DNA from: an uncultured Candidatus Rokubacteria bacterium
GTDB lineage: Bacteria; Methylomirabilota; Methylomirabilia; Rokubacteriales; CSP1-6
Direction: 5' to 3'
NCBI GenBank assembly: GCA_963771355.1
Contig: CAVYTA010000006.1
Coordinates: forward strand, 608,001-672,000
DNA: 64,000 bases
A model generated the notes under the pieces. It searched no databases, was not told the origin of the DNA, and saw nothing but the letters and a program-made list of their open reading frames with translations. The translations under genes were made by a program, and so were the position numbers. Positions 58,542 to 64,000 of the stretch are shown piece by piece. The first letter of the stretch is position 1. Every line of letters starts with the position of its first letter.

Positions 58542-60356
58542 ATGAATCCCTTCTACAAGAACCTCGCCCTGTGGATGGTGATCGGCCTGATCGTCATCCT
58601 CCTGTTCAACCTCTTCCAGGCCAAGGAATCCCCGCGAGACGAGATCGTCTTCTCGGACTTCCTGAAGAAGGTCGAGACGGGAGAGGTGCGAGAGGTCACT
58701 CTGCGCGGCAACATGGTGAGCGGGAAGCTCGCCAACGGCGAGTCGTTCCGCACCATGACCGCGGACTACCCCGACCTCGTGAAGGTCCTCAAGGACCGCG
58801 GCGTCCGCATCATCGTGAAGCCGATCGACGGCAACCCCTCCTACTTCGCGATCTTCCTGCAGTGGGTACCCATGCTTCTCTTCATCGGCGTCTGGATCTT
58901 CTTCATGCGCCAGATGCAGGGCGGGGGAGCCAAGGCGCTTTCCTTTGGCAAGGCGCGGGCGCGGCTCATCTCGGAGAAGCAGAACAAGGTGACCTTTCAG
59001 GACGTGGCGGGTGTGGACGAGGCCAAGGAGGAGCTGCGGGAGATCATCGAGTTCCTCAAGGACCCGCCCCGCTTCCAGAAGCTCGGGGGCAAGATCCCCA
59101 AGGGCGTGCTCCTGGTGGGGCCTCCCGGCACCGGCAAGACCCTCCTCGCCAAGGCCATCGCCGGTGAGGCCAATGTCCCCTTCTTCTCCATCTCCGGGTC
59201 CGACTTCGTCGAGATGTTCGTGGGCGTGGGGGCTTCCCGTGTGCGCGACCTCTTCGAGCAGGGCAAGAAGCACGCGCCCTGCATCATCTTCATGGACGAG
59301 ATCGACGCGGTGGGCCGCCATCGCGGGGCCGGCCTGGGCGGCGGTCACGACGAGCGCGAGCAGACGCTCAACCAGCTCCTCGTGGAGATGGACGGCTTCG
59401 AGACCAATGAGGGCGTGATCCTCATCGCGGCCACCAACCGGCCCGACGTCCTCGATCCCGCGCTCCTCCGGCCCGGCCGCTTCGACCGCCAGGTGGTGGT
59501 GGCGCGGCCCGACGTGAAGGGCCGCGAGGAGATCCTCAAGGTCCACTCCCGTCGCATCCCCCTCGCCCCCAAGGTGGATCTCTTCGTGCTCGCGCGCGGA
59601 ACCTCCGGCTTCTCCGGAGCGGACCTGGCGAACCTCGTCAACGAGGCGGCCCTCCTCGCCGCCCGCCAGGACAAGAAGACGGTGGAGATGATCGACTTCG
59701 AGAACGCCAAGGACAAGGTGCTGATGGGCGTGGAGCGGCGCTCCATGATCATCCCCGAGGCCGAGAAGCGCACCACCGCCTATCATGAGGGCGGGCACGC
59801 CCTGGTGGCGTACCTCCTGCCGGGTGCGGATCCCCTCCACAAGGTCACCATCATTCCTCGCGGGCGGGCGCTGGGCCTCACCATGCAGCTGCCCACCGAC
59901 GACCGGTACAGCTACTCCCGGGAATACCTCATCAACCAGATCACCATTCTTCTGGGCGGCCGCGCCGCCGAGGAGCTCGTCTTCCAGCAGCAGACCACCG
60001 GCGCCGGCAACGATCTCGAGAAGGCCACCGAGATGGCGCGGAAGATGGTTTGCGAGTGGGGCATGTCGGAAAAGATGGGCCCGCTCACCTTCGGCAAGGG
60101 CGAGGAGCATATCTTCCTCGGCCGCGAGGTGTCGCGCCCGAAGGACTACAGCGAGGACACCGCGGTAATCATTGACTCGGAGATCAAGCGGATCGTGACG
60201 GAGTGCGCGTCGCGGGCGAAGGCGCTGCTCGAGACCAACCTCGAGAAGCTCCATCTCCTCGCGCGCTCTCTCCTCGAGCGCGAGACGCTGGACGGCGAGG
60301 AGATCAACCGCATCCTCATCGCGAGGCCCTTCCAGGAGGCGCCGGCCCCGGCCTGA
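58542..60356 (+). CDS. ftsH: ATP-dependent zinc metalloprotease FtsH
   Basis: Two TM helices, [14 protein letters not shown] and HEGGH. Confidence 0.97.
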   Translation: MNPFYKNLALWMVIGLIVILLFNLFQAKESPRDEIVFSDFLKKVETGEVREVTLRGNMVSGKLANGESFRTMTADYPDLVKVLKDRGVRIIVKPIDGNPSYFAIFLQWVPMLLFIGVWIFFMRQMQGGGAKALSFGKARARLISEKQNKVTFQDVAGVDEAKEELREIIEFLKDPPRFQKLGGKIPKGVLLVGPPGTGKTLLAKAIAGEANVPFFSISGSDFVEMFVGVGASRVRDLFEQGKKHAPCIIFMDEIDAVGRHRGAGLGGGHDEREQTLNQLLVEMDGFETNEGVILIAATNRPDVLDPALLRPGRFDRQVVVARPDVKGREEILKVHSRRIPLAPKVDLFVLARGTSGFSGADLANLVNEAALLAARQDKKTVEMIDFENAKDKVLMGVERRSMIIPEAEKRTTAYHEGGHALVAYLLPGADPLHKVTIIPRGRALGLTMQLPTDDRYSYSREYLINQITILLGGRAAEELVFQQQTTGAGNDLEKATEMARKMVCEWGMSEKMGPLTFGKGEEHIFLGREVSRPKDYSEDTAVIIDSEIKRIVTECASRAKALLETNLEKLHLLARSLLERETLDGEEINRILIARPFQEAPAPA

Positions 60357-60371
60357 GCGCTCACGATCGCC

Positions 60372-61226
60372 ATGAACCGAGCAACCTTGGCGGGACTGGT
60401 GGTCGGCGATGGCTTGGACGTGGCAGTGATCGGCGCGCTCAACCTCAGCCCGGAGTCGTTCTACGCCGGCTCGGTGGCACCCTCCCGCGACGCCCTCCTC
60501 CAGCGGGCGGAGTCCATGGTGGCGGCGGGGGCGTCCTTCCTCGACGTGGGTGCCATGTCGACCGCCCCCTATCTGGAGGGGCGCATCGAGGCCACCGAGG
60601 AGGCGGACCGTCTCGGTGAGGCGGTGCAGCTGCTGGTGGGCAAGCTGGGTATCCCGGTCTCCGCCGACACCAGTCGGGGCCTGCCCGCGCGCGCCGCGCT
60701 CCAGGCCGGCGCGCGCATCATCAACGACGTGCGCGGTCTTGCCGGCGACCCGGCCCTCGCCCGCGCGGTGGCCGAGTCCGGGGCCGGGCTCATCGTGATG
60801 GCCTCGGAGCGTGGGGGGCATGAGGGCGTGGCGCCGGCGGAGACGGTGCTCGAGTACCTCGCGGAGAGCCTCCGCTGGGCCGCGGAGGCGGGGATAGCCT
60901 CCGACCACATCGTCGTGGATCCGGGGCTCGGTTTCTTTCGCCGCCGGGGCATGCCCTGGCACGAATGGGATTGCCGGGTGCTGGCCGCGCTGCCCGAGCT
61001 GCGGGCGCTGGGTCGTCCCGTCTGCGTCGGGGCCTCGCGGAAATCCTTCATCGGCGCCCTGGCCAGGGGGGCCGACGACCCGGCCGACCGGCTACCCGGC
61101 TCACTTGCCGCCGCCACCGCCGCCGTCCTCGGCGGGGCGCAGCTCATTCGAGCTCACGACGTCGCAGAGACGGTGCAGGCGGTCCGGGTGGCGGAGGCCA
61201 TCCACCGCGCGGGAGCTCCCCGCTGA
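60372..61226 (+). CDS. folP: Dihydropteroate synthase
   Basis: LNLSPESF, INDV, DPGLGF, SRKSFIG and IRAHDV. Confidence 0.93.
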   Translation: MNRATLAGLVVGDGLDVAVIGALNLSPESFYAGSVAPSRDALLQRAESMVAAGASFLDVGAMSTAPYLEGRIEATEEADRLGEAVQLLVGKLGIPVSADTSRGLPARAALQAGARIINDVRGLAGDPALARAVAESGAGLIVMASERGGHEGVAPAETVLEYLAESLRWAAEAGIASDHIVVDPGLGFFRRRGMPWHEWDCRVLAALPELRALGRPVCVGASRKSFIGALARGADDPADRLPGSLAAATAAVLGGAQLIRAHDVAETVQAVRVAEAIHRAGAPR

Positions 61227-62056
61227 ACCCCGTGTGGGCGGTGTTCCAGTCCTTCCGGCTGCGGGACGCGGTCGACATCGCCCTCGTCGCCGTCGTGCTC
61301 TACCGCGTCCTGGTCATGTTTCGCGGCACGCGCGCGGTGCAGATGCTGGCCGGTCTGGGCGGGCTCATGGTGGCCTCCTTCCTCGCCCGCCGGCTCGAGC
61401 TCTTCAGCTCGAGCTGGCTCCTCGAGAATTTCTGGTCGGTGTGGGTGCTGGCCCTCGTCGTGCTGTTCCAGCCGGAGTTCCGCCGGGGCCTCGCCCAGCT
61501 CGGGCAGAGCCCGCTCTTCCAGGCCATGCTCGGCGTTCGGGGGGAGCAGCAGGGCCACGTGATCGACGACGTGGTCAAGGCGGCGGAGTCGCTCGCCGGC
61601 AAGCGGATGGGCGGCCTCATCGTGCTGGAGCGCACCACCGGGTTGCGGCACTACGCCGAGCTCGGGGTGCCGCTCGACGCCATCGTCTCCGCGGACCTCC
61701 TCGTGAGCCTGTTCCTGCCCTACTCCCCCTTGCATGACGGCGCGGTGTTCATCCGGGACAACCGCGTGGCGGCGGCGGGCTGCTTCCTCCCGCTCTCGCG
61801 GAATACTCAGCTGGGCCGGGCGATGGGGACGCGGCACCGCGCCGCGCTGGGGATCACCGAGGAGACCGATGCGGTGGTGCTGGTGGTGTCCGAGGAAAGC
61901 GGCCGCATCTCGCTCGCCGTGGGCGGCCACATGGAGAGCCCACTGGACCGGGAGGCACTGCGCGGGCGGCTGGGTGAGCTCTTCGCGCTGGGCGGCCCGC
62001 CCGCGCCGCGCCGGACCGGGTGGTGGATACCGGCCCGGGAGTGGCTGCGGAAGTGA
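61223..62056 (+). CDS. dacA: Diadenylate cyclase CdaA/DacA (CTG 61223 or GTG 61232 start)
   Basis: Three TM helices, FQPEFRR, PLHDGA, GTRHRAALG and VSEE. Confidence 0.94.
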   Translation: MNPVWAVFQSFRLRDAVDIALVAVVLYRVLVMFRGTRAVQMLAGLGGLMVASFLARRLELFSSSWLLENFWSVWVLALVVLFQPEFRRGLAQLGQSPLFQAMLGVRGEQQGHVIDDVVKAAESLAGKRMGGLIVLERTTGLRHYAELGVPLDAIVSADLLVSLFLPYSPLHDGAVFIRDNRVAAAGCFLPLSRNTQLGRAMGTRHRAALGITEETDAVVLVVSEESGRISLAVGGHMESPLDREALRGRLGELFALGGPPAPRRTGWWIPAREWLRK

Positions 62057-62463
62057 GGCGGCTCTTCCGGCACTGGGAGCTCAAGCTCGGGGCGGTCGTG
62101 CTGTCTGTCGCGCTCTGGCTCTTCGTGATGACCTCCGAGAAGGCTGAGATAGTCCTGGCGGCCCCGGTCGAGTTCGATGAGATTCCGCCCGGCCTGGTGG
62201 TGACGGGGGAGGCACCCGAATCGGTTGACGTGCAGCTCCACGGTCTCCGCGCGGTGCTGGCGCGCCTGGCCCGGGACGAGGTGCGCGCGAGGGTCAGCCT
62301 GGCCGGCGTACGCCCCGGCGAAGTGGTGGTCCATCTCGTCCCGGACCAGATTGCCGCGCCGAGCGGGGTCACCGTGCTTCGCGTGAGCCCCTCCCGCCTG
62401 CTCGTCACGCTCGAGCCGGGCCGCGCCGCGGCGGTCCGGCCGGGAGGGGACAAGCGCCCGTGA
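62053..62463 (+). CDS. cdaR: CdaR/YbbR-domain regulator (single domain)
   Basis: N-terminal TM (LKLGAVVLSVALWLFV); located between dacA and glmM. Confidence 0.8.
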   Translation: MRRLFRHWELKLGAVVLSVALWLFVMTSEKAEIVLAAPVEFDEIPPGLVVTGEAPESVDVQLHGLRAVLARLARDEVRARVSLAGVRPGEVVVHLVPDQIAAPSGVTVLRVSPSRLLVTLEPGRAAAVRPGGDKRP

Positions 62464-63812
62464 CCCGCCTCTTCGGCACCGACGGGATCCGGGCCCTGGC
62501 CAATGCCCCGCCCCTCACCACCGAGCTGGCCTTCCGCCTGGGTCGGCAGCTGGTGGCCACCCTGGTGGAGCATCACCGCGTGGACAAGCTGCGCCTGGTG
62601 GTGGGACGCGACACGCGCCAATCCGGCCCCATGCTCGAGGGCGCGCTGGTCTCCGGCGCGCTGTCCGCCGGCGCGGACGTCTTCGCGGTGGGTGTGCTCC
62701 CGACCCCGGGCATCGCGCACCTCACCCGGCATCTCGACGCGCACGGCGGCGTGGTGATCTCGGCCTCCCACAATCCCTTCGAGGACAACGGCATCAAGAT
62801 CTTCTCCTCCACCGGGGCCAAGTTCCCCGACGCCTGGGAGGACGAAATCGAGAACAGGCTGGCGCAGGCCGACCTGGCCCCCAAGCCCACCGGGGCCGAT
62901 GTCGGCCGGTGGGTCCCGCACGGGCACGCCGCGGAGGCGGAGTACGCGGCGCACGCAGTGGGCACCTTTCCGTTCGACCTCCGCGGCGTGCACATCGTGC
63001 TGGACTGTGCCAACGGCGCCACGTACCGGGTAGCGCCCCGCGTCTTCGAGGCGCTGGGCGCGCGGGTGACGGTGCTCGGCGCGGAGCCGGACGGGCAGAA
63101 CATCAACCTCGACTGCGGCGCGCTTCACCCGGCGGGCGTTCAGGAGCGCGTGCGCGCCATCGGCGCCGATCTTGGTCTCGCCTTCGACGGCGACGGCGAC
63201 CGGCTGATCTGCGTGGACGAGCAGGGCGAGGTCCGCGACGGGGACTATGTGCTGGCGGTCTGCGCGCGCCACCTGGCCGCCGCTGATCGGCTCCGCGGCG
63301 GCGTGCTCGTGACCACGGTGATGGCCAATCTCGGGCTCGAGCACTCACTGCGCGAGGCGGGTATCCGGACGGTCAAGACCCAGGTGGGCGACCGCTACGT
63401 GCTCGAGGAGATGGTCCGCATCGGGGCCAATCTCGGCGGGGAGCAGTCGGGCCACCTCCTCTTTCTCGACCACACCTCCACCGGTGACGGCATCGTATCC
63501 GCCCTCCAGCTCCTGGCGGTCATGCGCGAGACCGGGCGGCCGCTGTCGGCGCTGGCCGCCTGTCTCACCAAGTTCCCGCAGGTGCTGGTCAACGTGCCGG
63601 TACGGCGGAAGCCCCCGCTCGAGAGCATCGAGGGGTTGACCCCGCGGCTCGAGTCGCTCGAGGGCCGGCTGAACGGGGCGGGGCGGATTCTCCTCCGCTA
63701 CTCGGGCACGGAGCTGCTCGCGCGTGTCATGGTGGAGGGACAGGAGCAGGCGGAGATCGAGAAGATCGCCCACGAGCTGGCCGGGATCATCCGACAGGCC
63801 ATCGGTCAGTGA
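62460..63812 (+). CDS. glmM: Phosphoglucosamine mutase
   Basis: LFGTDGIR, ISASHNP, DGDGDR, GGEQSGH and RYSGTE. Confidence 0.96.
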   Translation: MTRLFGTDGIRALANAPPLTTELAFRLGRQLVATLVEHHRVDKLRLVVGRDTRQSGPMLEGALVSGALSAGADVFAVGVLPTPGIAHLTRHLDAHGGVVISASHNPFEDNGIKIFSSTGAKFPDAWEDEIENRLAQADLAPKPTGADVGRWVPHGHAAEAEYAAHAVGTFPFDLRGVHIVLDCANGATYRVAPRVFEALGARVTVLGAEPDGQNINLDCGALHPAGVQERVRAIGADLGLAFDGDGDRLICVDEQGEVRDGDYVLAVCARHLAAADRLRGGVLVTTVMANLGLEHSLREAGIRTVKTQVGDRYVLEEMVRIGANLGGEQSGHLLFLDHTSTGDGIVSALQLLAVMRETGRPLSALAACLTKFPQVLVNVPVRRKPPLESIEGLTPRLESLEGRLNGAGRILLRYSGTELLARVMVEGQEQAEIEKIAHELAGIIRQAIGQ

Positions 63813-64000
63813 GTCCCCCCGACCCCGGGTTGGCGCACGAGACCATTCGCGGGATCGGGGTGGATCTCGCCCGGATCCCTCGCATACGGCGGGTAGTCGA
63901 GCGCTGGCAGGACCGCTTCCTCCGCCGCGTCTTCACCGAGGAGGAAATCGCCTACTGCCAGCGGCGGCACGATCCCATCCCGCATCTGGCCGCCCGCTTC
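63809..64000 (+). CDS. acpS: Holo-ACP synthase (3' truncated by window edge)
   Basis: Manual translation gives IRGIGVDLARIPRI..RFLRRVFTEEEIAYC..HLAARF. Confidence 0.9.
   Translation, partial: MSPPDPGLAHETIRGIGVDLARIPRIRRVVERWQDRFLRRVFTEEEIAYCQRRHDPIPHLAARF

Noticed and set aside
1..64000. CRISPR arrays, tRNA/rRNA, transposases, prophage or defence systems
   Set aside because: No regularly spaced repeats, RNA gene signatures or mobile-element proteins were seen by eye

Overview
Very GC-rich, gene-dense bacterial chromosomal window. The gene style resembles Candidatus Rokubacteria/Methylomirabilota, but this is an unverified inference. Contents in order: pstSCAB-phoU phosphate operon, LOG-family gene, nadE, a PilB/GspE ATPase behind a sigma54-type promoter, an envelope cluster (flavin reductase, DegT aminotransferase, GT4, MsbA-like ABC), mrp/LON-N/PDZ, a carbamoyltransferase, small-molecule metabolic genes, an ECF sigma factor fused to a signal/TM segment and an extracytoplasmic domain, cobS/cobC, minor pilins, a cobamide uptake/salvage/remodelling operon with two cobalamin riboswitches, and the housekeeping block argS-SPOR-hpt-ftsH-folP-dacA-cdaR-glmM-acpS. 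The strongest signals missing from or not explained by the ORF track: (1) a 75-aa CxxU Rdx/SelW-family selenoprotein at 28606-28833 (-) with in-frame UGA and a SECIS-like hairpin; (2) the membrane-tethered ECF sigma fusion with no adjacent anti-sigma; (3) genes apparently starting at ACG or coupled CTG codons; (4) widespread leaderless and bidirectional promoters; (5) a B12 riboswitch with a hairpin inserted in its T-loop. Several single-base frameshifts (pstC, tonB, SPOR) look like possible sequencing errors. No CRISPR array, rRNA, tRNA or mobile element was seen.
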